Part shown: piece by piece, positions 20,090 to 29,725 of the stretch
Layout: each line of letters starts with the position of its first letter
How positions within the stretch are numbered: position 1 is the stretch's first letter
NCBI GenBank assembly: GCA_963749075.1
Contig: CAVVLJ010000017.1
Location: forward strand, 320,001 to 384,000
Length of the DNA stretch: 64,000 nt
Reading direction: 5' to 3'
Source: an uncultured Pseudomonadota bacterium
GTDB taxonomy: Bacteria; Pseudomonadota; Alphaproteobacteria; JACZXZ01
The notes under the pieces: generated by a model
What the model saw: the letters and a program-made list of their open reading frames with translations, nothing else
Databases searched by the model: none
Told to the model about the DNA's origin: nothing
Position numbers and translations under genes: made by a program

Positions 20090-21541
20090 TCAAATCCCCC
20101 CCATGCAGAGATACTTCACCTCGAGATACTCCTCGATGCCGTACCTCGAGCCCTCGCGGCCGAGGCCGGACTCCTTGACGCCGCCGAAGGGGGCGATCTC
20201 GGTCGAGATGATGCCGGTGTTGATGCCGACCATGCCGTACTCGAGCGCCTCGGCCACGCGCCAGATGCGGCCGATGTCGCGGCCGTAGAAGTAGCTCGCC
20301 AGGCCGAACTCGGTGTCGTTGGCCATCTCGATGGCCTCGGCGTCGGTGTTGAAGCGGAAGAGCGGCGCCACGGGCCCGAAGGTCTCCTCGCGCGCCACGG
20401 CCATCGAGGGCTTCACGTCGGCGAGTATGGTCGGTTCGAAGAAGGTGCCGCCCCTGGCGTGGCGCTTGCCGCCGACCACGACGCGGGCACCCTTATGAAG
20501 CGCGTCCGCGATGTGCTGCTCGACCTTCTCCACCGCCTTCATGTCGATGAGCGGACCTTGCGTGACGCCCGCCTCGAGGCCGTTGCCGACGCGGAGTGCG
20601 CTCACGGCCTGCGCGAGCTTCGCGGAAAACTCCTCATAGACGCTGTCCTGCACGAGGAGGCGGTTGGCGCAGACGCAGGTTTGGCCGGTGTTGCGGTACT
20701 TCGACGCCATGGCGCCCTCGACCGCGGCGTCGAGATCGGCGTCGTCGAAGACGATGAAGGGCGCATTGCCGCCGAGCTCGAGGGAGATCTTCTTGATGGT
20801 GCCGGCGCACTGCGCCATGAGGAGCTTGCCGATCTCGGTCGAGCCGGTGAAGGAGAGCTTGCGCACGATGGGGTTCGAGGTCATCTCCTTGCCGATCTCG
20901 CCCGAGCTCCCGGTCACCACGCTGAAGGCGCCCTTGGGCACGCCCGCGCGCTCGGCGAGCTCGGCGAGGGCGAGGGCCGAATAAGGCGTCTGGCTCGCCG
21001 GCTTCACCACCATGGTGCAACCGGCGGCGAGCGCCGGGCCCGCCTTGCGCGTGATCATGGCGGCGGGGAAGTTCCACGGCGTGATGGCGACCGTCACCCC
21101 CACCGGCTGCTTGATCACCACGATGCGCTTGTCGGCCTGGTGCTGCGGGATGGTGTCGCCGTAGACGCGCTTGCACTCCTCGGCGAACCACTCGATGAAG
21201 GAGGCGGCATAGACGATCTCGCCCTTCGATTCCGCTAACGGCTTCCCCTGCTCCTCCGTCATGAGCACGGCGAGGTCGTCCTGGTTCTCCATCATGAGGT
21301 CCGCCCACTTGCGCATGACCTTGGCGCGCTCCTTGGCGGTCTTGGCGCGCCAGGCCGGCAGCGCCTTCTCGGCCGCCTCGATGGCGCGGCGCGTCTCATC
21401 CGTGCCCATGCGCGGAACGCTTCCCAGGACCTCGCCCGTGGCGGGGTTGTTGACTTTGATGGTGGCGCCGCCGTCGGCGTCCGTCCAGGCGCCGGCGAGG
21501 TAGCACTGCTGCCGGAACAGGCTCTTGTCCTTGAGCTGCAT
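20090..21541 (-). CDS. gabD: NAD(P)-dependent succinate-semialdehyde dehydrogenase
   Basis: ITPWNFP, SFTGST, LELGGNAP, GQTCVCAN, EETFGP, PFGGVKESG. Confidence 0.95.
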   Translation of the reverse strand: MQLKDKSLFRQQCYLAGAWTDADGGATIKVNNPATGEVLGSVPRMGTDETRRAIEAAEKALPAWRAKTAKERAKVMRKWADLMMENQDDLAVLMTEEQGKPLAESKGEIVYAASFIEWFAEECKRVYGDTIPQHQADKRIVVIKQPVGVTVAITPWNFPAAMITRKAGPALAAGCTMVVKPASQTPYSALALAELAERAGVPKGAFSVVTGSSGEIGKEMTSNPIVRKLSFTGSTEIGKLLMAQCAGTIKKISLELGGNAPFIVFDDADLDAAVEGAMASKYRNTGQTCVCANRLLVQDSVYEEFSAKLAQAVSALRVGNGLEAGVTQGPLIDMKAVEKVEQHIADALHKGARVVVGGKRHARGGTFFEPTILADVKPSMAVAREETFGPVAPLFRFNTDAEAIEMANDTEFGLASYFYGRDIGRIWRVAEALEYGMVGINTGIISTEIAPFGGVKESGLGREGSRYGIEEYLEVKYLCMGGI

Positions 21542-21615
21542 GGCTTCCCTCCCTTGGAAAGACTGGCGGGGTTTCACCAATTATAGGTCCGCGCCGACGC
21601 CGGCGCGAGCCCGAC

Positions 21616-21644
21616 TTGACGCTCGGACAAAAATATCCGATTCT
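21616..21644 (+). promoter_or_regulatory. Putative hicAB promoter/operator
   Basis: TTGACG followed by the TCGGA-N8-TCCGA inverted repeat just upstream of the GTG at 21651. Confidence 0.5.
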
Positions 21645-21650
21645 TAAATC

Positions 21651-21866
21651 GTGAACGGCGCCGACTTCATGCGGGCGGTCCAGCGACTTGGCCGGAGCCG
21701 CAACATACCCGTCCGTATCAACGAAAAGCGGGGCAAAGGCTCGCACATCACGCTTTATTTTGGCACTTGCAAGACCGTGGTGAAGGATCGCAGGAAGGAA
21801 ATCGGCAAGGGTCTGCTCCATGCCATGCTCCGCCAGCTTGGACTCTCGCTCCACGATCTGAGATAG
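21651..21866 (+). CDS. hicA: HicA-family toxin
   Basis: RGKGSH, KEIGKGLL.AML.QLGL. Confidence 0.88.
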   Translation: MNGADFMRAVQRLGRSRNIPVRINEKRGKGSHITLYFGTCKTVVKDRRKEIGKGLLHAMLRQLGLSLHDLR

Positions 21867-21912
21867 GAAGCGATCTGACCCCGACACGGGAAGCACCCCG
21901 AGGAGCACGATA

Positions 21913-22353
21913 ATGCGCCCCTTCGACTTCGCCTATCCGGCAACCCTCTCGCGCGACGAGGACCGTCGCGTCCTTGTCCGGTTCCGCGATCTGCCGGAAG
22001 CTCTCACCGACGGTGCCGATGAGGACGAGGCGGTTTCCGAGGCGATGGACTGCCTCGACGAAGCGATCGCCGGGCGCATCCTGGACGGCGAGGACATCCC
22101 GCGACCCTCGCGGCCGAAGAAGCGGGAGCGGCTCGTCTCGGTGCCCGCCCACACGGCTGCCCAGGCGGCTCTCTATATCGCCATGCGCGAGGCCGGCATC
22201 AGCAAGAGCGCGCTCGCGCGCCGGCTTGGCTGCGACGAGAAGGAGGCGCGCCGATTGCTCGATCCGCGCCATCCTTCCAAGGTGCAGCGCCTCGAGGAGG
22301 CGCTTGCCGTGCTCGGCGGAACGCTCGAGGTCCGGCTACGCAAGATCGCGTAA
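21913..22353 (+). CDS. hicB: HicB-family antitoxin with C-terminal HTH
   Basis: YPA.L..D....V.F.DLPEALTDG..EA...A.D.L..IP.PS and HTH ISKSALARRLG. Confidence 0.9.
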   Translation: MRPFDFAYPATLSRDEDRRVLVRFRDLPEALTDGADEDEAVSEAMDCLDEAIAGRILDGEDIPRPSRPKKRERLVSVPAHTAAQAALYIAMREAGISKSALARRLGCDEKEARRLLDPRHPSKVQRLEEALAVLGGTLEVRLRKIA

Positions 22354-22358
22354 GCCGC

Positions 22359-22688
22359 TCAATCGACGATGAAGGCCACAGCACCACTCGCCGTCGAGAC
22401 GAGATGGAAGCCGTCGTCCTCGGCGATCTGGAAGCTGGTGCCGGCCGGGCTCTCGAAGCGGCGGCCGTCCTTGAGCTCGGTCGTAAGCGCGCCCTCGGTC
22501 ACCAGCACCACGTGACCGCGCGCGCACCAATGGTCGGCGCGGTAGCCGGGCGAGAACTCGACCATGCGCAAGCGGAGATTGCCCGCCTCGAGCTGCCGCG
22601 TGCGCGCGGTCCCGCTTTCGCCCTGCAACTCGCTCGCGGGAAGCTTCGCCCAATCGGTCGTCATGAAGGGAAGGTTCTCGATCTTCAT
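22359..22688 (-). CDS. DHCW-motif cupin-fold protein
   Basis: PGY.ADHWC.RGHV...EG.L.TEL.DGR. Confidence 0.88.
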   Translation of the reverse strand: MKIENLPFMTTDWAKLPASELQGESGTARTRQLEAGNLRLRMVEFSPGYRADHWCARGHVVLVTEGALTTELKDGRRFESPAGTSFQIAEDDGFHLVSTASGAVAFIVD

Positions 22689-22696
22689 GGAGCACC

Positions 22697-23536
22697 TCAG
22701 CGAATGCCGGCGCGGATGAAGCTCTGCACGAACTGGCGCTGGAAAAGCAGGAAGGCAAGGAGGAGGGGTGCGGAGGTCAAGAGCGTCGCCGCGGTGATGA
22801 CCGACCAGTCGATGCCCTGGTCCGTGGAGGCGAAGACCGAGAGGCCGACGGTCACCGGCCGCGTCGTCACCGAGTTGGTGATGATGAGGGGCCAGAGGAA
22901 ATTGTTCCAGTGGTAGCTCACCGAGACCAGGCCGAAGGCGATGTAGACGGGCTTCGCGAGCGGCACATAGACTTTCCACAGGAGCTGGAGCAGGTTGCAG
23001 CCCTCGACGCGCGCCGCCTCGTCGAGCTCCTTGGGCACGGTCTTGAAGGTCTGGCGCAGGAGGAAGATGCCGAAGGCCGACGCCATATAGGGGAGCCCGA
23101 TGCCGAGGATGCTGTCGACGAGGCCGAGGGCATGCATGGTGCGGTAGTTCTCGACGATCAGCACGTCGGGCATGATCATGAGCTGCACCAGCACGAGGAG
23201 GAAGAGGAGCTCGCGGCCGAAGAAGGCGAAGCGCGCGAAGGCGAAGGCGGCGAGCGTCGAGAGCACGAGCTGTGCGGCGAGGATCGAGCTCACGAGGAGG
23301 AAGCTGTTGAGGAAGTAGCGCGCGAAGGGGGCCGCCGCCCAGGCGCGCGCGAAGTTCCGCAGCGTGAGCGGAGCGAGGAGCGCCAGATGCGCCGCATACT
23401 CGCTCGCGTGGAAGGCGGTCCACACGGCATAGAGGAGCGGTGCGGCCCAGAGGATGCCGAGGAGCCAGGCTCCCGCCGTGTCGAGGGCGGTGCCCAGGCG
23501 TGCCGCCGGCGGATTCCTGATCGCGAGCGCGCTCAT
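22697..23536 (-). CDS. Carbohydrate ABC permease (UgpE-like)
   Basis: EAA loop (ELDEAARVEG), WNNFLWPL. Confidence 0.9.
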   Translation of the reverse strand: MSALAIRNPPAARLGTALDTAGAWLLGILWAAPLLYAVWTAFHASEYAAHLALLAPLTLRNFARAWAAAPFARYFLNSFLLVSSILAAQLVLSTLAAFAFARFAFFGRELLFLLVLVQLMIMPDVLIVENYRTMHALGLVDSILGIGLPYMASAFGIFLLRQTFKTVPKELDEAARVEGCNLLQLLWKVYVPLAKPVYIAFGLVSVSYHWNNFLWPLIITNSVTTRPVTVGLSVFASTDQGIDWSVITAATLLTSAPLLLAFLLFQRQFVQSFIRAGIR

Positions 23537-24429
23537 TGGTAATGCACGCGCTTGTCGAAATAGAGGAACTGCCCGAAGGCGAGTGCCGCGAGGATGGCGA
23601 GCAGCACGATCGTAAGCGTGGCGCCGTAGGCGGTGTCCCAGAACTTGAAGGCGATCTCGTAGATGTAGAAGAGCAGCAGCTCGGTCGCATTGTCCGGCCC
23701 GCCGCGCGTCATCACCACCACGTGATCGACCATGCGGAAGGCGTTGATCACCGCATTGACCAGGATGAAGAGGGTGGTCGGCATGAGGAGCGGGAAGGTG
23801 ACGCGGCGGAAGACGTAGAAGCGCCCCGCTCCCTCGATCGCCGCCGCCTCGCCGAGCGCCGGCGGGATCTGCTGCAAGGCCGCGAGATAGAAGATCATGA
23901 AGAAGCCGGCCTCCTTCCAGATCGCCACCGCCATGAGGCAGCCGAGCGCCGTGCCCGGCTCTCCGAGCCAGTTGCGCGCACCCCAGCCGAAAAGATGGCG
24001 GAGCTGGTCGAGGAGCCCGTAGCCCGGCGTATAGAAGAAGAGCCAGATATTGGCGACCGCGATCATGGGCAGCACGGTCGGCGTGAAATAGGCGAGGCGC
24101 AACGCGCCGCGCCCGGCGATCTTGCCGTTGACCCAGAGCGCCATGAGGAGTGCCAAGGCTACGGACGCGGGGATGGTGCCTAGCGCATAGATCGCGTTGT
24201 TCTCGAGTGCGCGCCAGAAGATCGGATCCGCGATCATCGCCTGGTAGTTGTCGAGCCCGACGAAGCGTGCCGGCCGGCTGCCCTTGGGCGTCGAGTAGAG
24301 GCTGTCGACGAGGGTGGCGATCACCGGATAGTGGGTGAAGGTGGCGAGCAGCACCGCTGCCGGCAAGACGAGGAGCCAGCCGTAGATGTGGATGCGCGCG
24401 CGATGAAAGGAGCTGCTAGCGGCGCGCAT
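23533..24429 (-). CDS. Carbohydrate ABC permease (UgpA-like)
   Basis: GLDNY, EAAAIEGA, TRGGPDNAT. Confidence 0.9.
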   Translation of the reverse strand: MRAASSSFHRARIHIYGWLLVLPAAVLLATFTHYPVIATLVDSLYSTPKGSRPARFVGLDNYQAMIADPIFWRALENNAIYALGTIPASVALALLMALWVNGKIAGRGALRLAYFTPTVLPMIAVANIWLFFYTPGYGLLDQLRHLFGWGARNWLGEPGTALGCLMAVAIWKEAGFFMIFYLAALQQIPPALGEAAAIEGAGRFYVFRRVTFPLLMPTTLFILVNAVINAFRMVDHVVVMTRGGPDNATELLLFYIYEIAFKFWDTAYGATLTIVLLAILAALAFGQFLYFDKRVHYQ

Positions 24430-24444
24430 CGGCGCGTCGCAATA

Positions 24445-24544
24445 CCCCCCACCCTGCCCTCCCCCTCAAGGGGGGAGGGGAAGGGGTCGGGGCACGCGAT
24501 GACTTGCCCCCTCCCCCCTTGAGGGGGAGGGATGGGGTGGGGGG
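24445..24544. repeat. REP doublet with 26-nt spacer inside the ABC operon, after the binding-protein gene
   Basis: Same arms as 1759-1859. Confidence 0.9.
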
Positions 24545-24555
24545 TCGGCGCCGCA

Positions 24556-25848
24556 TCATCGATAGGCCTTGAGGATGCGCGTCGCCTCGGCTTGCGCGTC
24601 CTTCAATGCGTCTGCCGGCGGCTTGGCGCCGGTCAGGGCCGCCTGCAGGCCGTCGTTGAGCGCCTTGGTGACGCGCTGGTTGTCGTGGGTCGAGAGCTCG
24701 GCCACGGAATATTTGAGCTGGTCGCGCGCTACCGCGGCCGGGGGGAAATCCTTGACGTAGGCCTGCATCGCCGGCGTCTCCCACGCCGCGGGCGACACCG
24801 CGACATAGCCCGTCTCGATGCCCCACTGTGCCGCGCGCTCGGGTGCCGTCATCCATTTGACGAAAGTGAAGGCCGCCGCCTTCTCCTCGGGCGTCGATTT
24901 CTTGAAGATATAGAAATTGCCGCCGCCCGTGGGCGAGCCGCGGCGCACGTGCGCCGGCAGCATGGCGACGCCGAAGGGGAACTTGGCATTGCTGCGCACG
25001 TTAGTGAGGTTGCCCGTCGTCGTCCACATGATGGCGGTCTTGCGCTCGAAGAAGTCCTTGGGCGTGGTGCCCCACTCGACGATGCCGGGCGGATGGATCT
25101 TCCACTTCTGGCTGAGGTCGACCCAGAACTGCAGTGCTTCGACGACCTTGGGATCGTCGAAGTAGGTCTCGTTGCCCGCCTCGTTCATGAGGCGCACGTC
25201 GTTCGCCGTGGTGAGGCCCTGGAAGAGCCAGTAGGGAAAGCCCGAGGAGGGAATCTGCACGCCCCATTGGGTGACGTTGCCGCCGGCGTCGCGCTTGGTG
25301 AGCTTCTTGCCGTCCTCGACGAGCTCGTCCCAGGTCGCGGGCGGCTTCTCGGGATCGAGGCCGGCCTCCTTGAAGGCCTCCTTGTTCCAGTACATCACGA
25401 TGGTCGAGCGCTGGAACGGGGCGCCCCAGGTCTTGCCGCCGCTGCGGCTGTTCTCCATGAAGGCGGGATAGAAGCCCGCGAGCCAGGCCTTGTCCGCCTC
25501 GCTCTTGACGAGCTCCTCGAAGGGCATGATGGCGTCCTCGTCGATAAGCGTGAACATGTCGGTCGAGAGGATGACCGCGACCTGCGGCACGTCGCCGCCC
25601 TTGATCGCCGTCAGCACCTTGGCGGTGGTGTCCTGGTACGAGCCGGCATAGATCGGCTTCACCTTGATCGCCGGGTTGGCCTTCTCGAAACCGGCGACCA
25701 TGCCGTCGATGATCTTGGTGATGGGCCCGCCGACCGCGACGGGATAATAGAACTGGAGCGTGGTCTCGGCCCGCGCCGCCGCGGCGCCGCAGACCGCGGC
25801 TGCCGCCAGTGCCAGCATCGCGAGGCGCTTCTTGAAGCTTTTGCTCAT
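24556..25848 (-). CDS. ABC substrate-binding protein (UgpB-like)
   Basis: Signal peptide, PFQRST..YWNK.AF.EAGLDPE.PP.TW, SPTGGGN. Confidence 0.9.
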   Translation of the reverse strand: MSKSFKKRLAMLALAAAAVCGAAAARAETTLQFYYPVAVGGPITKIIDGMVAGFEKANPAIKVKPIYAGSYQDTTAKVLTAIKGGDVPQVAVILSTDMFTLIDEDAIMPFEELVKSEADKAWLAGFYPAFMENSRSGGKTWGAPFQRSTIVMYWNKEAFKEAGLDPEKPPATWDELVEDGKKLTKRDAGGNVTQWGVQIPSSGFPYWLFQGLTTANDVRLMNEAGNETYFDDPKVVEALQFWVDLSQKWKIHPPGIVEWGTTPKDFFERKTAIMWTTTGNLTNVRSNAKFPFGVAMLPAHVRRGSPTGGGNFYIFKKSTPEEKAAAFTFVKWMTAPERAAQWGIETGYVAVSPAAWETPAMQAYVKDFPPAAVARDQLKYSVAELSTHDNQRVTKALNDGLQAALTGAKPPADALKDAQAEATRILKAYR

Positions 25849-25882
25849 TGCCGTCTCCCTCTTTTCCCTATAAGCCGCCGCC

Positions 25883-26974
25883 TCAGGCGTGCGCGCGCAA
25901 GGCCGGAGCAAGCACTCGCTCAGCCGGCGGCTCGACGCGCGCGCCGCTCTTCACGTCGAAAAGGTGGAGCGCTCCCGCCGGCCAGGCGAGCCTGACCGCG
26001 GCACCGGCGCCGAGCGCCACGGCGCCCGGCACGCGCACCGCCACGCGCGCATCGCCGACGGCGGCGCTCAGAATCGAATCGGCGCCGAGATACTCGACCC
26101 CGCTCAGCAGCGCCGGGAGCGCGCCTTGGTCCGACAGGACGATGTCCTCGGGCCTGAGGCCGATCGCCAGGCCCTCGCCGCGTCCTGCGAGGAGCGCCGG
26201 ACCGGCGGTGCCCTTGACCACGGCGCCCTCCGCTCCGTCGGCGAGCGGCAGGATGTTCATGGGCGGCGTGCCGATGAAGCGGGCCGCGAAGATGCTGGCC
26301 GGCCGCGCGTAGAGCTCGGCGGGTGCCGCATTCTGCTCGACGCGGCCTTGGCGCAGGAGCACGACGCGGTCGGCCATGCTCATCGCCTCGCCCTGGTCGT
26401 GGGTCACGTAGACCATGGTCATGGCGAGCTTCTGCTGGAGGGTACGGATCTCGTGGCGCATCTCCTGGCGCAGCTGGGCGTCGAGGTTGGAGAGCGGCTC
26501 GTCCATCAGGCAGACCGGCTGCTCGGCGATGATGGCGCGGCCGAGTGCCGTGCGCTGCTGCTGGCCGCCCGAGAGCTGGCTCGGCTTGCGCTCGAGGAGT
26601 GCCGCGAGGCCGAGGAGCTCGGCCGTGCGCGCGAGCCTTGCCTTGGCCTCGGCCCTCGCCACGCCGCGCACGCGCAGGCCGAAGAGGATGTTCTCGGCGA
26701 CCGAGAGATGCGGGAAGAGCGCATAGGACTGGAACACCATGGCGATGCGGCGCTCGGCGGGCGGCAGCCGGCTCACGTCCTTGCCGGCGATGAGGATGCG
26801 GCCCGCATCCAGCGTCTCGAGCCCGGCGATGAGCCTGAGCGTCGTCGATTTGCCGCAGCCGGAGGGGCCGAGCAGCACGAGAAGCGTCCCCGCCTCGGCC
26901 TCGAAGCTCACCCGGTCGACGGCCCGGGCCGCCCCCCACAGCTTGCTGACCTCTTCGAGGGAGATGGCGTGCAC
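25883..26974 (-). CDS. ABC ATP-binding protein (UgpC/MalK-like)
   Basis: [31 protein letters not shown]; GTG start inferred. Confidence 0.92.
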   Translation of the reverse strand: MHAISLEEVSKLWGAARAVDRVSFEAEAGTLLVLLGPSGCGKSTTLRLIAGLETLDAGRILIAGKDVSRLPPAERRIAMVFQSYALFPHLSVAENILFGLRVRGVARAEAKARLARTAELLGLAALLERKPSQLSGGQQQRTALGRAIIAEQPVCLMDEPLSNLDAQLRQEMRHEIRTLQQKLAMTMVYVTHDQGEAMSMADRVVLLRQGRVEQNAAPAELYARPASIFAARFIGTPPMNILPLADGAEGAVVKGTAGPALLAGRGEGLAIGLRPEDIVLSDQGALPALLSGVEYLGADSILSAAVGDARVAVRVPGAVALGAGAAVRLAWPAGALHLFDVKSGARVEPPAERVLAPALRAHA

Positions 26975-27138
26975 GCGTCCTTTTCCCCACCCTGTCCTCG
27001 GGGTCTCGTTCTTGGCCTTGGTCTCAGCACCTGCCCCGGGCATAGCAGCATAGCGTGACGGATCGATGACGGCCAGGGAGGCGGCGAACGGAGACGGCGC
27101 CTTGACGCGGACGCCGGCGCCGACAAGAACTCGGCGCC

Positions 27139-27774
27139 ATGACAAGCCATCTCTGGACCTTCCTCGGCATCTCCGCCCTCGTGATCGCCACACCGGGGCC
27201 GGACACCGCGCTCACCATCCGGAACAGCCTCCTCGGCGGCCGCGCGGGCGGACTTGCCACGGCGCTGGGGGTGGCCACGGGCCAGACCATCTGGGCGCTC
27301 GCCACGAGCCTCGGGGTGGTCGGCCTCCTCGTCGCCTCGGCGGCGGTCTTTGCCGCGGTCAAGCTGCTCGGTGCCGCCTATCTCGTCTACCTCGGCGTGG
27401 ACGCGCTGGTGCGCGCATTCCGCCCTGCCAGGGCGGGCGCAGGCAGCCCCGTGCCGGCCGCCTGGCAGCGCCTGGCACCCGCGCGCGCCTTCCGCCAGGG
27501 CGTCGTCAGCGACCTCGGCAACCCCAAGATGGCGGTCTTCTTCATGAGCCTCCTCCCCCAGTTCGCACCGGCGGGCGACGGCTCATTCGCGGCTTTCGTC
27601 TTCTTGGGGATGATTTTCTCGGCGATGACGCTCACCTGGCTCGCGGGCTATGCGCTTGCGGTCGCGCGCGCCGGGGATTTCCTCTCCCGCCCGCGCATCA
27701 GGCGGGCACTCGAGGCCGCGACGGGCGCGGCGCTGATCGCACTCGGCCTGCGGCTTGCCGCGGAGGAGCGATAG
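27139..27774 (+). CDS. LysE/RhtB-family translocator
   Basis: TPGPD, GAAYL.YLG, NPK, LPQF. Confidence 0.9.
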   Translation: MTSHLWTFLGISALVIATPGPDTALTIRNSLLGGRAGGLATALGVATGQTIWALATSLGVVGLLVASAAVFAAVKLLGAAYLVYLGVDALVRAFRPARAGAGSPVPAAWQRLAPARAFRQGVVSDLGNPKMAVFFMSLLPQFAPAGDGSFAAFVFLGMIFSAMTLTWLAGYALAVARAGDFLSRPRIRRALEAATGAALIALGLRLAAEER

Positions 27775-27795
27775 CGGAAACATTGACGCGCGGCA

Positions 27796-27893
27796 CCCCC
27801 CTCCCTGCCCTCCCCCTCAAGGGGGGAGGGGAAAACGCAGTGGCACGCTCGATGGGCCCCTCCCCCCTTGAGGGGGAGGGTTGGGGTGGGGGG
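27796..27893. repeat. REP doublet with 25-nt spacer between convergent lysE and glmS
   Basis: Same arms as 1759-1859. Confidence 0.9.
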
Positions 27894-27898
27894 TCGCC

Positions 27899-29722
27899 CT
27901 ACTCCACCGTCACGCTCTTGGCAAGGTTGCGCGGCTGGTCCACGTCGGTGCCCTTGAGCACGGCCACGTGATAGGCGAGGAGCTGGACGGGGATGGCGTA
28001 GAGGATGGGCGCCACGAAGGGATCGACCTCGGGGAGCTCGAGCGAGACCGCGGCCTTGGCGCCAAGCTTGGCGATGCCCTTGCGGTCGGAGAGCAGGATG
28101 ACGCGGCCGCCGCGCGCCACGGCCTCCTGCATGTTGCTCGCCGTCTTCTCGAAGAGCGCGTCCGAGGGTGCTATGACGATGATCGGCACCGTCTCGTCGA
28201 TGAGGGCGATGGGGCCGTGCTTCATCTCGCCCGCGGCATAGCCCTCGGCGTGGATGTAGGAGATCTCCTTGAGCTTCAAGGCGCCCTCGAGGGCGATGGG
28301 ATAGCCGGTGCCGCGCCCGAGATAGAGCACGTCGCGCGCCTCGGCTAAACCGTGGGCGATGCGCTCGATGCTCTCGTCGTGGCTCAGCACCTCGGCAACT
28401 CGCGCCGGCAGCTCCATGAGGGCCGCCACCAGCTTGCGCTCGCGCGCCGCATCGACGGCACCCCGCGCCCGCGCCGCGGCGAGCGAGAGGGCGGCGAGCA
28501 CGGCGAGCTGCGTCGTGAAGGCCTTGGTCGAGGCGACGCCGATCTCGGGACCCGCGTGGGTCGGCAGCACGGCGTCCGAGGCGCGCGCGATCGAGCTCTC
28601 CGGCACGTTGACGACGGAGAGGATGGTCTGCCCCTCCCCGCGCGCATATTTGAGCGCCGCCATGGTGTCGAGCGTCTCGCCCGACTGCGAGATGAAGAGC
28701 GACGCGCCGTCCTTGGGCAGCGGCGCCTCGCGGTAGCGGAACTCGGAGGCGATGTCGGCCTCGACGGGAAGCCGCGCCATCTGCTCGAACCAGTATTTGG
28801 CGACGAGCCCCGCGAAATAGGCCGTGCCGCAGGCGGAGATGGTGAGCCTACTCAGCTTGGCGAGATCGCACGGCAGCGGAGGCAAGCTCACGGCCATGGT
28901 CGCCGGGTTGACCAGCGCCCGCACGCAATCGCCGAGCGCCGAGGGCTGGTCGTAGATTTCCTTCAGCATGTAATGGCGGTAATTGCCCTTGCCGATGAGG
29001 GCGCCCGAGAGCTGGGTGAGCTTGATCGGGCGCTCGACCTCACGTCCACCCTCGTCGTGCACCACGGCACCGGCCGCCGTCAGCTCCACCCAGTCGCCGT
29101 CCTCGGGATAGGAGATGCGGTTGGTGAGCGGCGCCATGGCGAGCGCGTCGGAGGCGAGATACATCTCGCCCTCGCCGTAGCCGACGGCGAGCGGCGTGCC
29201 GCGCCGGGCGCCTATGAGGAGATCGGAGCGCCCGGCGAAGAGGACCGCGAGTGCGAAGGCGCCGTGGAGGCGCGGCATGGCGCGCGCCATGGCGGCCTGG
29301 GGCGTCATGCCCTCCTCGAGATAGACGGTCAAGAGCTGGGCCACCGCCTCGGTGTCGGTCTCGGTCGTGAAGTTGCGCCCGAGTGCCACGAGCTCGTCGC
29401 GCAGCTCCTGGAAGTTCTCGATGATGCCGTTGTGCACCACCGCCACCTTGTCGGTGGCGATGGGGTGGGCGTTGTTCTCGTTGGGCACGCCATGGGTGGC
29501 CCAGCGCGTGTGGCCGATGCCGGTGGTGCCGCGGACCGGCGCCTCCTTGAGGCGGCGCTCGAGATTGGCGAGCTTGCCCTCGGCGCGGCGGCGCTCGATC
29601 GCGCCGTTCGAGAGCGTCGCGATGCCGGCCAAGTCATAGCCGCGGTACTCGAGCCGCCTGAGCCCCTCGAGGAGGCGTGGTGCCGCCTCGCCCTTGCCGA
29701 TGATGCCGATGATGCCGCACAT
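27899..29722 (-). CDS. glmS: Glutamine--fructose-6-phosphate transaminase
   Basis: MCGIIG, HTRWATHG, SQSGET, PRNLAKSVTVE. Confidence 0.98.
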   Translation of the reverse strand: MCGIIGIIGKGEAAPRLLEGLRRLEYRGYDLAGIATLSNGAIERRRAEGKLANLERRLKEAPVRGTTGIGHTRWATHGVPNENNAHPIATDKVAVVHNGIIENFQELRDELVALGRNFTTETDTEAVAQLLTVYLEEGMTPQAAMARAMPRLHGAFALAVLFAGRSDLLIGARRGTPLAVGYGEGEMYLASDALAMAPLTNRISYPEDGDWVELTAAGAVVHDEGGREVERPIKLTQLSGALIGKGNYRHYMLKEIYDQPSALGDCVRALVNPATMAVSLPPLPCDLAKLSRLTISACGTAYFAGLVAKYWFEQMARLPVEADIASEFRYREAPLPKDGASLFISQSGETLDTMAALKYARGEGQTILSVVNVPESSIARASDAVLPTHAGPEIGVASTKAFTTQLAVLAALSLAAARARGAVDAARERKLVAALMELPARVAEVLSHDESIERIAHGLAEARDVLYLGRGTGYPIALEGALKLKEISYIHAEGYAAGEMKHGPIALIDETVPIIVIAPSDALFEKTASNMQEAVARGGRVILLSDRKGIAKLGAKAAVSLELPEVDPFVAPILYAIPVQLLAYHVAVLKGTDVDQPRNLAKSVTVE

Positions 29723-29725
29723 GGC

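Noticed and set aside
27775-27899. Tn7 insertion at attTn7 downstream of glmS
   Set aside because: No tns genes or Tn7 ends; only a REP doublet lies there.
29630-29640. GlmS GYDLAG instead of the conserved GYDSAG
   Set aside because: A single TCG>TTG change in a window with other probable errors; cannot be distinguished from a base-call error.
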